Source: Malacoraja senta (Eukaryota). From it: a stretch of 64,000 nucleotides of DNA. The stretch covers positions 744,001 through 808,000 of the forward strand of contig JAXLNO010000073.1 in the NCBI GenBank assembly GCA_038087875.1, written 5' to 3'. The notes under the pieces were generated by a model. It was given only the letters and a program-made list of their open reading frames with translations, ran no database searches and was not told the origin of the DNA. Made by a program: the position numbers and the translations under genes. Of this stretch, positions 1 to 15,509 are shown piece after piece. Every line of letters starts with the position of its first letter. Positions within the stretch are counted from its first letter, which is position 1.

Positions 1-696
1 TGGCACACACACACAGTGGCATACACACACAGTGCACACACACACACGGTGGCACACACACAGTGACACGCACACACACAAACACACACAGTGGCACACA
101 CACACACACACTGGCACACACACACACACACAGTGGCATGCACACACAACACACCAACACACACACACACACACACAATGGCACACACACGCTCACACAC
201 ATAGTGACACACACACACACAGTGTCACACACACACACAGCGACACACACACACTGACACACACACGCAGTGACACACACAGTGGCACACACACACAGTG
301 CCACACACTCACACACACACATAGTGAACACACACACACAGTGACACACACACACAGTGACACACACACACAGTGGCACACACACAGTGGCACATATATA
401 CACACACACACACACACAGTGGCACACAAACACACACACAGTGGCACACACCACACCACAGTGGCACACACACACACAGTGACACACACAAAAACAGTGG
501 CACACACACAGTGGCACACACAGTGGCACACATACACACACAGAGGCACACACACAGTGGCACTCACACACACACATAGTGGCACACATAGTGGCACACA
601 CACACACAGTGGCACACACACACAGAGGCACACACACACATACACAGTGGCACACACACACAGTGCACACACACACATACACAGTGGCACACACAT
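1..696. repeat. Complex (CA)n satellite punctuated by CAGTGG/CAGTGA (left part; runs off the window edge)
   Basis: Repeated (CA)n-CACAGTGG units with variable CA run length; the ORFs here are His/Thr or Cys/Val low-complexity artefacts. Confidence 0.95.
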
Positions 697-2199
697 AGAT
701 ACATAGATACATAGAAATTAGGTGCAGGAGTAGGCCATTCGGCCCTTCGTGCCTGCACCGCCATTCAATATGATCATGGCTGATCATCCAACTCAGTATC
801 CCGTACCTGCCTTCTCTCCATACCCCCTGATCCCTTTAGCCACAAGGGCCACATCTAACTCCCTCTTAAATATAGCCAATGAACTGGCCTCAACTACCCT
901 CTTTGGCAGAGAGTTCCAGAGATTCACCATTCTCTGTGTGAAAAAGTTTTTCCTCATCTCGGTCTTAAAGGATTTCCCCCTTATCCTTAAGCTGTGACCC
1001 CTTGTCCTGGACTTCCCCAACATCGGGAACAATCTTCCCGCATCTAGCCTGTCCAACCCCATAAGAATTTTGTACGTCTCTATAAGATCCCCTCTCAATC
1101 TCCTAAATTCTAGCGAGTATAAGCCAAGTCTATGCAGTCTTTCTTCATATGAAAGTCCTGACATCCCAGGAATCAGTCTGGTGAACCTTCTCTGCACTCC
1201 CTCTATGGCTATAATGTCCTTCCTCAGATTTGGAGACCAAAACTGTACGCAATACTCCAGGTGTGGTCTCACCAAGACCCTGTACAACTGCAGTAGAACC
1301 TCCCTACCCCTATACTCAAATCCTCTTGCGATGAAGGCCAAAATACCATTTGCTTTCTTCACTGCCTGCTGCACCTGCATGCCTACTTTCAATGACTGGT
1401 GTACCATGACACCCAGGTCTCGCTGCATCTCCCCATTTCCTAATCGGCCACCATTTAGATAATAGTCTGCCTTCCCGTTTTTACCACCAAAGTGGATAAC
1501 CTCACATTTATCCACATTATACTGCATCTGCCAAACATTTGCCCACTCACCCAGCCTATCCGAGTCACCTTGCAGTCTCCTAGCATCCTCCTCACAGCTA
1601 ACACTGCCCGCCAGCTTAGTGTCATCCGCAAACTTGGAGATGTTGCTTTCAATTCCCTCGTCCAGATCATTAATATAAATTGTAAATAGCTGGGGTCCCA
1701 GCACTGAGCCTTGCGGTACCCCACGTCACTGCCTGCCATTGTGAAAAGGACCCGTTTACTCCTACTCTTTGCTTCCTGTTTACCAGCCAGTTCTCTATCC
1801 ACATCAATACTGAACCCCCAATACCGTGTGATTTAAGTTTGTATCCTAATCTCTTATGTGGTACCTTGTCGAAAGCCTTCTGAAAGTCCAGATACAACAC
1901 ATCCACTGGTTCTCCCCTATCCACTCTACTAGTTACATCCTCGAAAAATTCTATAAGATTCGTCAGACATGATTTACCTTTCGTAAATCCATGCTGACTT
2001 TGTTCAATGATTTCACCACTTTCCAAATGTGCTGCTATCCCATCTTTAATAACTGATTCTAGCAGTTTCCCCACTACCGATGTTAGACTAACTGGTCTGT
2101 AATTCCCCATTTTCTCTCTCCCTCCCTTCTTTAAAAAGTGGGGTTACGTTTGCTACCCTCCAATCCTCAGGAACTACTCCAGAATCTAAAGAGTTTTGA
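697..2199 (-). mobile_element. 5'-truncated CR1-clade LINE (RT domain and 3' UTR) inserted in the satellite
   Basis: ORFs 1670-2110 (NYRPVSLTSVVGKLLE, QHGF, YLDFQKAFDKVPH) and 793-1704 ([42 protein letters not shown]), split by a frameshift; 3' microsatellite tail (CTATGTAT)n at ~692-716. Confidence 0.95.
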
Positions 2200-4526
2200 C
2201 ACACACATATACACAGTGGCACGCATACACACACACAGTGGCACACTCACACACACAGTGACACAGACACAGTCACACACACACAGTGGCACACACAGTG
2301 GCACACACACATACACAGTGGCACACACACAGTGACTCACACACATACAGTGGCACACACACACACAGTGGCACACACACACACACACACACCATGACAC
2401 ACACACAGTGGCACACACACACAGTGGCACACACACACAGTGGCACACACAGTGGCACACACACAGGCACACACATACACAGAGGCACACACACACACAC
2501 ATACACAGTGGCACACACACACAGTGGCACACACAGACATACACAGTGGCACACACACACACACACATACACAGTGGCACACACACAGTGACACACACAC
2601 ACTACTCCAGAATCTAAAGAGTTTTGACACACACATATACACAGTGGCACGCATACACACACACAGTGGCACACTCACACACACAGTGACACACAGACAC
2701 AGTCACACACACACAGTGGCACACACACACATACAGTGGCACACACACACACACACAGTGACACACAGACACAGTGCAACACACACACAAACACACACAC
2801 AGTGGCACACACACAGTGGCACACACACACAGTGGCACACACACAGTGGCACACACACACACACAGTGACACACAGACACAGTGCAACACACACACACAC
2901 CCACACACACACAGTGGAACACACACACAGTGGCACACACATACACAGTGGCACACACACACACAGTGGCACACACACAAACACAAAGTGGAGCATACAC
3001 ACACACACACAGTGGCACACACACACACACAGTGGCACACACACACACACAGTGACACACACACACAGTGGCACACACACAGTGGCACACATACACGCAT
3101 ACACACACAGTGGAACACACACACATAGTGGCACACACACACAGTCACACACAGACACACACACGCAGTGGCACGCACACTCACAGTGGCACACACACAC
3201 AGTGGCACACACACAGTGGCACACATACACAGATACACACACAGTGGAACACACACACATAGTGGCACACACACACAGTCGCACACAGACACACACACGC
3301 ACAGTGGCACACACACAGTGGCACACACACACCGTGACACACACACACAGTGACACACAGACACAATGCAACGCACACACAGTGGCACACACACACGCAC
3401 CCACACACACACAGTGGCACACAAACACACACAGTGGCACACACATACACACACAGTGGCACACATGCACACATATACACAGTGGCACACACAACACACA
3501 CAGTGGCACACACACACAGTGGCACACACACACACACAGTGGCACACAAACACACACAGTGGCACACAGACACAGTGCAACAGACACAGTGGCACACACA
3601 CACACAGTGGCACACACACATACACACAGTGGCACACACACACACGGTGGCACACACACACAGTGGCACACACACACACACAGTGGCACATGCACACACA
3701 CAGTGGCACACACACACATACAGTGACACACACACACAGTGGCATGCACACACACACAGTGGCACACACACACACACAGTGGTGCACACACACACACACA
3801 CAGTGTCACACACACACACAGTGGCACACACACACACAGTGGCACACACGCACAAACTCATTGACACACGCTCACTCACACGTAGTGGCTCACACACACA
3901 CACAGTGGCACACAAACACACAGTGGCACACACACACACACACAGTGGCACACATACACACACACAGTGGCACACAGACACACACACAGTGGCACACACA
4001 CGCAAACACACACTCACACTCACACACACACAGTGACACACAGACACAGTGACACACACACACATGCACACACACACTGTGGCACACACACACAGTGGCA
4101 CGCACACGCACACAGTGGCACACACACACACAGTGGCACACACACAGTGGCTCACACAAACACAGTGGCACACAGACACAGTGCAACACACACAGTGGCG
4201 CACACACACACACACACACACGCAGTGGCACACACACACAGTGGCACACACACACACACAATGGCACACACAAACACACACAGTGGCATACACACACACA
4301 CAGTGGCACACACACAGTGGCACACATACACACACACAGTGGCACGCACATACACAGTGGCACACATACACACACACAGTGGCACGCACACACAGTGGCA
4401 CACACACACACACACAGTGGCGCACACACACCGTGGCATGCACACACACACAAAGTGGCACACACACACAGTGGCGTACACACACACACACACACACAGT
4501 GGCACACACACACACACACACAGTGG

Positions 4527-4560
<34 letters not shown>

Positions 4561-4720
4561 GGCACACACACACACACAGTGGCGTACACACACACACACA
4601 CACACAGTGGCACACACACACACACACACAGTGGCGTACACACACACACACACACAGTGGCACACACACACACACACACACACACACAGTGGCGTACACA
4701 CACACACACACACACAGTGG

Positions 4721-4754
<34 letters not shown>

Positions 4755-7700
4755 GGCGGACACACACACACACACACACAGTGGCGTACACACACACACA
4801 CACACACACACAGTGGCTCACACACACACAGTGGCGCACACACTCACAGTGGCACACACACACACACACAGTGGCACACACGCACAAACACAGTGACACA
4901 CACGCACAAACACATAGTGGCTCACTCACACACACAGTGGCACGCACACACACACACACAGTGGCACGCACACACACACAGTGGCAAACACACACACAGA
5001 GGCACACACACACACACATACACAGTGGCACACACACACAGTGGCACACACAGACATACACAGTGGCACACACACACACACACACATACACAGTGGCACA
5101 CACACAGTGACACACACAGTCACACACACACAGTGGCACACACACACACAGTGACACACACAGTCACACACACACAGTGGCACACACACACACACAGTGA
5201 CACACAGACACAGTGCAACACACACACACACAAACACACACACAGTGGCACGCACATACACAGTGGCACACACACACAGTGGCAAACACACAAACACAAA
5301 GTGGAGCATACACACACACACAGTGGCACACACACACACACAGTGGCACACACACACAGTGGCTCACACACACACACAGTGGCACACACACACAGTGGCA
5401 CACACACCCACACACACACAGTGGCACACATACACACATACACACACAGTGGAACACACACACATAGACAGTGGCACACACACACAGTCACACACAGACA
5501 CACACACACGCAGTGGCACACACACGCACAGTGGCACACACACAGTGGCACACACACACCGTGACACACACACACAGTGACACACAGACACAATGCAACG
5601 CACACACAGTGGCACACACACACGCACCCAAACACACACAGTGGCACACAAACACACACAGTGGCACACACATACACACACAGTGGCACACATGCACACA
5701 TATACACAGTGGCACACACAACACACACAGTGGCACACACACACAGTGGCACACACACACACACAGTGGCACACACACACACACACACACACAGTGGCAC
5801 ACAGACACAGTGCAACACACACAGTGGCACACACACACACTGGCACACACACATACACACAGTGGCACACACACACACGGTGGCACACACACAGTGGCAG
5901 ACACACACATACAGTGGCACACACACACAGTGGCATGCACACACACACAGTGGCACACACACACACACAATGGTGCACACACACACACACACAGTGTCAC
6001 ACACACACACAGTGCAACACACACACACAGTGGCACACACGCACAAACTCATTGACACGCTCACTCACACGTAGAGGCTCACACACACACAGTGGCACAC
6101 AAATACACAGTGGCACACACACACACACACACACAATGGCACACATACACACACACAGTGGCGCACACACACACACACACAGTGGCACACACACAAACAC
6201 ACAGTGGCACACACACACACACAGTGGCACACATACACACACACAGTGGCGCACACACACACACACACAGTGGCACACACACACAAACACACACTCACAC
6301 TCACACACACACAGTGACACACAGACACAGTGACATACACACACATGCACACACACTGTGGCACACACACACAGTGGCACGCACACGCACACAGTGGCAC
6401 ACACACACACAGTGGCACACACACAGTGGCTCACACAAACACAGTGGCACACAGACACAGTGCAACACCCACAGTGGCGCACACACACACATACACACAC
6501 AGTGGCACACACACACAGTGGCACACACACACACACAATGGCACACACAAACACACACAGTGGCACACACACACACACACAGTGGCGCACACACACACAT
6601 ACACAGTGGCACACACAAACACACACAGTGGCACACACACACAGTGGCACACACACACACACAGTGGCGCACACACACAGTGGCACACATACACAGTGGC
6701 ACACACACACACATATACACACAGTGGCACGCACACACACAGTGGCACAAACACACACAGTGGCATGCACACACACACACAGAGGCACACACACAAACAG
6801 TGGCACACACAGTGGCATGCACACACACACAGTGGCACACACACACACAGTGGCACACACACACAGTGGCACACACACACAGTTGCACACACGCACAAAC
6901 ACAGTGACACACACACACACACAGTGGCACTCACACCCACACACAGTGGAACACACACACACAGTGGCACACACACACAGTGGCACACATACACACACAC
7001 AGTGGCACGCACACACACAGTGGAACACATACACACACACAGTGGCACGCACATACACAGTGGCACACACACACACACACATTGGCGCACACACACCGTG
7101 GCATGCACACACACACAAAGTGGCACACACACACAGTGGCGTACACACACACACACACACACAGTGGCACACACACACACACAGTGGCACACACACACAC
7201 ACACAGTGGCGTACACACACACACACACACACAGTGGCACACACACACACACACACACAGTGGCATACACACACACACACACACACACACAGTGGCACAC
7301 ACACACACACAGTGGCACACACACACACACACACACACAGTGGCTCACACACACACAGTGGCGCACACACACACAGTGGCACACACACACACACACAGTG
7401 GCACACACGCACAAACACAGTGACACACGCACACACACACAGTGGCAAACACACACACAGAGGCACACACACACACACATACACAGTGGCACACACACAC
7501 AGTGGCACACACAGACATACACAGTGGCACACACACACACACACACATACACAGTGGCACACACACAGTGACACACACAGTCACACACACACAGTGGCAC
7601 ACACACACACAGTGACACACACAGTCACACACACACAGTGGCACACACACACACACAGTGACACACACACACAAACACAAAGTGGCACACGCACACACAC

Positions 7701-9712
7701 ACACTAACACACAGTGGCACACACACACACACACACACACACAGTGACAAACGCACATACACAGTGATACACAGTGGCACACACACAGTGGCACACACAC
7801 ACACACAGTGGCACACACAAACCCAGTGGCACACACACAAACACACACAGTGGCACACACACACACACACAGTGGCACACACACACACACATAGTGGCAC
7901 ATACACACACACACACACAGTGGCACACACACACACACACACAGTGGTACACACACAGTGGCACACACACACAGTGGCACACACACCCAGTGGCACACAC
8001 ACACATACACAGTGGTACACACACACACAGCACGCAGTGACTCACACACACACACAGTGACACACAGACACAGTGACACACACACATGCACACACACAGT
8101 GTGGCACGCACACAGTGGCACACACGCACACAGTGGCACACACACACACACCGTGACACACACACATACACACACACAGTGGCACACACACAGTGGCACA
8201 CACACTCAACACACACACACAGTGACACACACACACATGTACACACACAGTGGCACGCACACACTGTGGCACACACACACAGTGGCACACACACGCACAC
8301 AGTGGCACACACACACACAGTGCCCACACACACAGTAGCACACACACACAGTGGCACACACACACACAGTGGCACACACACACACCGTGGCACACACACA
8401 CACGCCGTGGCACACACACACACGCAGTGGCACACACACACAGTGACACACAGACACAATGCAACACACACACAGTGGTGCGCACACACACAAACACACA
8501 GTGGCACATACACACACAGTGGCACACACACAAACACACACAGTGGCACACACACACACAGTAGCACACACACACACACACAGTGACACACACAGTGGCA
8601 CACACACACACACACAGTGGCACATACACACACAGTGGCACACACACACACAGTAGCACACACACACATACACAGTGACACACACAGTGGCACACACACG
8701 CACACAGTGGCACACACACACAGTGCGCACACACACACAGTGGCGCGCAAACACACACAGTGGCACACACACACACACACACACAGTGGCACACACAAAC
8801 CAGTGGCACACACAATCACACAGTGGTACACACACACACAGTGGCACACACACACACACACAGTGGCACACACACACACAGTGGCACACACACACACACA
8901 CAGTGGCGCACACACCCAGGTGGCACACACACACATACACAGTGGTACACACACAGCATGCAGTGACACACAAACACAGTGACACACACACACACTAGCA
9001 CACACACAGCACGCAGTGACACAGACACACACAGTGGCACACACACACACACAGTGTCACTCACAAACAGCACGCAGTGACACACACACAGTGACACTCA
9101 CACACGGCACGCAGTGACACACACATAAACACACACAGCACGCCGTCACACACACACACACACACACACACAGCACGCTAGCATGCAGTCACATACATAC
9201 ACACACAGCACGCAGTGACACACACACAGTGACACACAGTGACACACATACACACAGTGACACACACAGTGATACACACATACCCAGTGACACACACACA
9301 GCACGCAGTCACATACAAATATAAACACACACACAGCAGGTGGTGCAACACACAGTACACAGTGACACACACCCACACACAGTGGCACAAGCACACACAC
9401 AGAGTACACAGTGACACACACAGAGCACACAGTGACACGCACACACACAGCACCGAGTGACACACACACAATGGCACAAGCACACACACACAGAGCACAG
9501 TGGCACACACACACACACAGCATGTAGTCACACAGTGACAGACACACACGCACCCAGAGCACACAGTGACACACTCACACAAACACGCAATGACACACAC
9601 AGATCACACAGTGGCACAAGCACACACACACAGCATGCAGTGGCACACACACACACACACACACACAGCATGCAGTGACACACTAAGAGCACACAGTGAC
9701 ACACACACACAG
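2200..9712. repeat. Complex (CA)n/CACAGTG satellite, main block, with higher-order duplications
   Basis: Hundreds of CACAGTGG(CA)n units; rare variants recur at ~2.2-2.5 kb spacing; the last ~700 bp shift toward CAGCACGCAGTGA variants. Confidence 0.95.
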
Positions 9713-9759
9713 CCAACAGTTAGAACAGAGTGAGAAGAAAGGATAGGACAGTACACACA

Positions 9760-10235
9760 TTATTGTGAGCAATTCTGGGCCCCGTATCTGAGGAAGGATG
9801 TGCCGGCTCTGGAGAGGGTCCAGAGGAGGTTTACAAGAACGATCCCAGGAATGAGTGGGTTAGCGTATAATGAGCGTTTGACGGCACTGGGCCTGTACTC
9901 GCTGGAGTTTAGAAGGATGTAGCGGGACCTCATCGAATAGTGAAAGGCCTGGATAGAGTGGATGTGGAGAGGATGTTTCCACTAGTGGGAGAGTCTAGGA
10001 CCAGAGGCCACAGCCTCAGGATTAAAGGACGTTCTTTTCGGAAGGAGATGAGGAGGAATTTCTTTAGTCAGAGGTGGTGAATCTGTGGGATCTTTGCCAC
10101 AAAAGGCTGTGGAGGCCACAAGTCAGTGGGTATATTTAACGCAGAGATAGATAATTCTTGATTAGTGCGAGTGTCGGGGATATGGGGAGAAGGCAGGAGA
10201 ATGGGGTTAGGAGGGAGAGATAGATCAGCCATGAT
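9760..10235 (+). mobile_element. CR1 LINE 3' fragment
   Basis: Degenerate end of ORF2 (QFWAPYLRKDV, GLYSLEFRR, GESRTRGHSL); matches the copy at 19135-20190. Confidence 0.85.
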
Positions 10236-10604
10236 ATACAGCCTTATAGCGGCACTGACAAGAAACATGTCACGGTGGGAGGGAGGGGGTAGGGGAGGAA
10301 GAAAGAGAGGATCCGGCAGGGGCGGACCGCCGTAAGGAAGGAGGTTGTGGGAGGGGGAAGACATAGTGCACAGTTCCCACCACCTGCCTCTCAACTTTGT
10401 CGGTGTCCTTTAGGTGGCGACTCTTTGCATACCTTGGGTTTGTAGCACAAAGAATTTCACTCTGACAATAAAGTATTCATTCATTCATTCATTCATTCAA
10501 TCTTAACCGCACACTTTCAATTAAAACGACGGTGTAACTACACAACAAATCCAAGGGAACCATTTCAAATTAACAGAACTCGCAAATATTTCGCAGTTGC
10601 AGAG

Positions 10605-11385
10605 AACACAGTGAATGGTAGGGCTCTGGGGAGTGTTGCACAGCAGAGAGATCTAGGAGTGCAGGTACACAGTCACATGAAGACGGGGAGTGTTGTAGAG
10701 CAGAGGGATCCTGATAGTTCTCATGTAGATTCTCATAGTTCCTTGAAAGTGGCATCACAGGTAGATAAGGTGGTCAAAAACGCTTTTGGTACATTGGCCG
10801 TCATCAGCCAGAGTACTGAGTGTAGTGGGTGGGAGGTCATGTTACAGTTGTATAAGACATTGGTGAGACTGCAATTAGAGTATTGTGCTCAGTTCTGGGC
10901 ACCAAGTGACAGGAAAGATGTTGTCAAGCTGGAAGATTTACGTGGCTGTTGCCAAGACTAGAAGGCCCTGAGCTACAGGGAGCGGTTGAGCAGGCTGGGT
11001 CTCTATTCCATGGAGCACAGAGAATGAGGGGTGATTATATAGAGGTGTATAAAATCATGAGAGGAATAGATCGGGTAGATGCACAGTGTCTCTTGCGCAG
11101 AGCAGGTGAATCGAGGACTAGAGGACATAGGTTTAAGGTGAAGGTGAAAAGATTTAATCAGAATCTTTTTCACACAAAGGGTGGTGGGTGTATGGAACGA
11201 GCTGCCAGAGGAGGTAGTTGAGGCTGGGACTATCCCAACGTTTAAGGAACAGTTAGACAGGTACATGGATAGGACAGGTTTGGAGAGATATGGGCCAAAT
11301 GCGGGCAGGTGGGACTAGTGTAACTGGGACATGTTGGGCAGTGTGGGTGTTGGGCCAGAGGGCCTGTGTCCACACTGTATAATTA
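10605..11385 (+). mobile_element. CR1 LINE 3' fragment (second subfamily, whose tail is shared with the V-SINEs)
   Basis: ORF 10611-10961 (QRDLGVQVH, LYKTLVRLQLEYCAQFWAP); 3' end GGGCCTGTGTCCACACTGTAT. Confidence 0.9.
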
Positions 11386-11504
11386 TGGGGTACATTGGTA
11401 AGGGGAGTAGTCTTTATACAGCAAGAACACCATGTCAACAGATGAGATGAATTTAATGCATGTCTGTGGTGAGATGTGACATGCAAAATGGAGGTTCCAT
11501 TCAA

Positions 11505-12045
11505 AAGGTCATAGGCGAGGAGCAGAATTAGGCCATTTGGCCCATCAAATCCACTCCATTCAATCATGGCTGATCTATCTCTCCCTCCTAACCCCATTTT
11601 CCTGCCCTTCCTTTAACCCCTGACACCCATACTAATCAAGAATCTATCTATCTCTGCCTTAAATATATCCACTAACTTGACCTCCACAGCCTTCTGTGGC
11701 AATGAATTCCCCGACTAAACTAATTATGAGGCTGTGACCTGTGGTCCTAGACTCTCCCACTAGTGGAAACATCCTCTCCACATCCACTCTATCCAAGCCT
11801 TCCACTATTCTGTACGTTTCAATGTCCCCCACCCCTCCCTCATCCTTCTAAACTCCAGTGAGTACAGGCCCAGTGCTGTCAAACGCTCATCGTACGTTAA
11901 CCCACTCATTCCTGGGGATCGTTCTCGTAAACCTCCTCTGGACCCTCTCCAGGGGCCAGGACATCCTTCCACAGGTCTGATGCCCAAAGATGCTTGCAAT
12001 GCTCCAGATGTGGCGTGACCAGCGCCTCATAGAGACTCAGCATTG
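11505..12045 (-). mobile_element. CR1 LINE 3' fragment
   Basis: PGMSGLTYDERLTALGLYSLEFRRMR in ORF 11805-11999; 3' UTR like other copies. Confidence 0.85.
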
Positions 12046-12482
12046 CATCCCCGGAAGGGGCTGGGGTGGGCGAACGGCCTGATTCTGCTCCCGTGCGTGA
12101 TGGGGGGGGTTATGAAGGAGGGTAGGGTTTTCAGGGCTGGGAGCATGCGATGGAAATGTGGTGGGGGTGGGCAGACACACACATGCAGCGCAGTGCAGTG
12201 GTGCGGGGAGGAGGGGGGGTGGTGTGAGAGAGATGGGGGATGCCTGGTCTCGTCCCGTGAATGAGAGGTGGAGTGGGGCTGACACGAGACCGGTGATGGA
12301 AACAAACCTTGGATGGTGGCCAAGGGGTTACCGGCGATGAGGGAGGCATTGATCCCGTGGTTTACAGGCAGCAGGGGACCTCTGCAATGCAACCAACAAC
12401 ACCGGCCATAAGAGTCCACACATAGCCAGCAAGAGGGGGACCTGAATCCCTGCGTAACCTTCTGGTGCACCAGCAGAGGGGG

Positions 12483-15456
12483 GGTGTACATGTGTGTGTA
12501 CGAGTGTGTGTGTGTGTGTGTGTGAATGTACAAGGGTGTGTGTGTGTGTATACGTGTATGAGCGTGTGTGTACGAGTGTGTGAGTGTATGAGGGTGTGTG
12601 TGTGTACGTGTATAAGTGTGTGTGAGTACGAGTGTGTGTGTGAGTGAGTAGGTGTACGAGTGTGTGTCTGTATCTGTGAGTGTACGAGTGTGTGTACGAG
12701 GGTGTGTGCACATGTGTGTGTGTGCGTGTGTGAGTGTACGAGTGTGTGGGAGTAGGTGTACGAGTGTGTGTACAAGTGTGTGTGTGTATGAGTGTGTGTG
12801 TGTGTGAGTACGAGTGTGTGTGTGTGTGAGTGAGAGTAGATGTACGAGTGTGAGTGTACAAGTGTGTGTCTGTATCTGTGTGTGAGTGTACGAGTGTGTG
12901 TGAGTGTACAAGTGTGTGTCTGTATCTGTGTGTGAGTGTACGAGTGTGTGTGTGTACGAGTGTGTGTATGAGTGTGTGTCTGTATCTGTGTTTGTGAGTG
13001 TACGAGTGTGTGTGTGAGTATGAGCGTGTGTCTGGATCTGTGTGTGTGTGAGTGTTAGAGTGTGTGTGTGAATGTACAAGTGTGTCTGTATCTGTTACGA
13101 GTGTGTGTGTATGAGTGTGTGTCTGTATATGTGTGTGAGTGTACGAGTGTGTGTGACTATGAGTGTGTCAGTATCTGTGTGTGTGAGTGTACGAGTGTGA
13201 GTGTGAGTGCACGAGTGTGTGAGTGAACGAGTGTGTCTGTATCTGTGAGTGTACGAGTGTGTGAGTGTGTGTGTACAAATGTGTGTCTGTATCTGTGTGT
13301 GTGTGTGAGTGTACGAGTGTGTGTCTGTATCTGTGTGTGTGCGCTTTTCTGTGTATGTATGTTTGTACCTATGTGTGGACATGTGCGAACATTTGTATGT
13401 ATGTATGTGTGTGTATACCTGTGTGTCTGTATGTGTATCTGTATGTATGTGTGTGTGTGTACGTGTGTGTGAATGTGTGTACGTTAGTACATGTGTGATG
13501 TGTGTATGTACGTGTGTGTGTTTCTGTGTGTGTGTGTTTCTCTGTGTAGGTGTATGTGTATATGTGTGTGTGCGTTTGTACGTGTCTACATCTGTGTATC
13601 TCTGTGTGTTTCTCTGTGTATGTATGTATGTGGTATATGCGTGCGGTGTGTGTGTTTGTGTGTACGCGTGCGTGTGTACATGTGTGTGTACGTGCGTGTG
13701 TTTGTGTGTGTGTGTGCGTCTGTGAGTGTCTATGTGTGTCTGTGTGTGTGTTTCTGTGTCTATGGGTGTGTGTCGCTGTGTGTGTTTCTCTATGTGTGTA
13801 CGTGTATGTGTGTGTGTGTACATGTTTTTGTGTGTGTGTACCTGTATTCGTGTGTTTGTGTGCGTATGTGTGTGTGTGAGTACGTGTGTATGTCTGTGTG
13901 TTATTGTGTATGTCTGTGAGTGGCTGTACATTAATGTGTGAATGTGTTGTGTGGGTGTGTGTGTGCCTGTGTGTGTCTGTGTGTTTGTGTGTGCATCTGT
14001 GTGTGTACGCTTTTATGTGTGTGTGTCTGTATCTGTGTGTGTACCTGTGTGTGTATGCATGTGTGTCTGTGTGCTTGTGTGTGTGTACGCGTATGTACGC
14101 TTGTACGTGTGTGTCTGTATCTGTGTGTGTGCATGCATATGTGTCTGTGTGTGCCTCTGTGTGTGTACGCTTGTACGTGTGTGTCTGTATCTGTGTGTGT
14201 GTATCTGTGTGTATGCATGTGTGCCTGTGTGAGTGTATGTGTGTGTGTGTGTGTGTCTGTGTGTTTGTGTGTGCGTCTGCGTGTGTACGCTTGTACGTGT
14301 ATCTATCTGTGTGTGTATGCATGTGTGTCTGTGTGTATGTGTGTGTGTGTGCACGTGTGTGTATGTGTACATTTGTACATCTGTGTGGACGTGTGTGTGT
14401 GTGTTTCTCTGTGTGTATATGTGTACGTGTATGTGTGTGTGTACACGTGTGTGCGTATGTGCATTTGTGTGTGTACCTGTATGTGTGTCTGTATGCATGT
14501 GTGTGTGCATCTGTGTGAAACTCTACGTGTACATGCCTATGTGTTTCTGTGTATGTGTGTGTGTGTCTATTCGTGTGTGTGTGTATACATGTGCGTGTCT
14601 GTATGCATGTGTGTGTACGCATGTGGGTGTGTGTGGTGTGTGTGAGTGCATGTCTGTGTGACTGACTATAGGTATATGTGTGTCTGAGTATGTGTTTCTG
14701 TGTTTATATGTGTGGTGTATGTGTGTGTACGTGTGTGTGTGTCTGTGTGTGTACGTGTGTGTAAGTTTGTACGTGTGTACGTCTACATGTATGCGTTGTG
14801 TGTGTTTCTGTGTATGTGTATATGTGTGTGTACCGTATGCTTGTGTGCGTGTGTCTATGCATGTGTGTACGTGTGTGTACGTTTGTACGTGTATATGTAT
14901 GTGTGTAGACATGTGTGTGTGTGAGTGGGTGGGTGTGAGAGTGTGTGTGTGTCTGTATGTGTATGTGTACGTGTGTGTGAGTGTGTCTGCGCGTGTGTGT
15001 GTGCGTGTGTGTCTGTGTCTCTGTGTGTATTTATGTGTGTGTGTACGTGTGAGTATACGTGTGTGTGTGTCTGTGTGTGTGCGTGTGTGTGTCTGCATGT
15101 GTACGTGTGAACGTTGTACGTGTGTATGTCTGTACGTGTACGTGTTGTGTGTGTCCGTGTGTGAGTTTCTGTGTGAGTTTTTGTCTACGTGTATATGTGT
15201 GTGTGTGTACTGTATGCTTGTGTACGTGTGTCTATTCGTGTGTGTGTACGTGTGTGTCTGTATGCATGTGTGTAGTTTGTACGTGTATATGTGTGTGTAC
15301 ACATGTGTGCATGTGTACGTGTGTATGTCTATTTGTGTGTATGTGTGTGTACGTCTGTTTGAGTGTCTGTATGTGTATATATGTATTTGTGTGTGTGTAC
15401 GTGTGTCCATGTGTGCGTGTGTGTGTACGTGTGTCCATGTGTGTGTGTGTGTGTAC
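12483..15456. repeat. Degenerate (GT)n satellite with TGTACGAG, TGTATCTG and TGTACG variants
   Basis: ~3 kb of GT-dominated, mostly alternating purine-pyrimidine sequence. Confidence 0.95.
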
Positions 15457-15509
15457 ACCAGAAGCCGTGGCCGCATCTTGTGTGCATGCATCTTTGTGTG
15501 GCCATGCAT

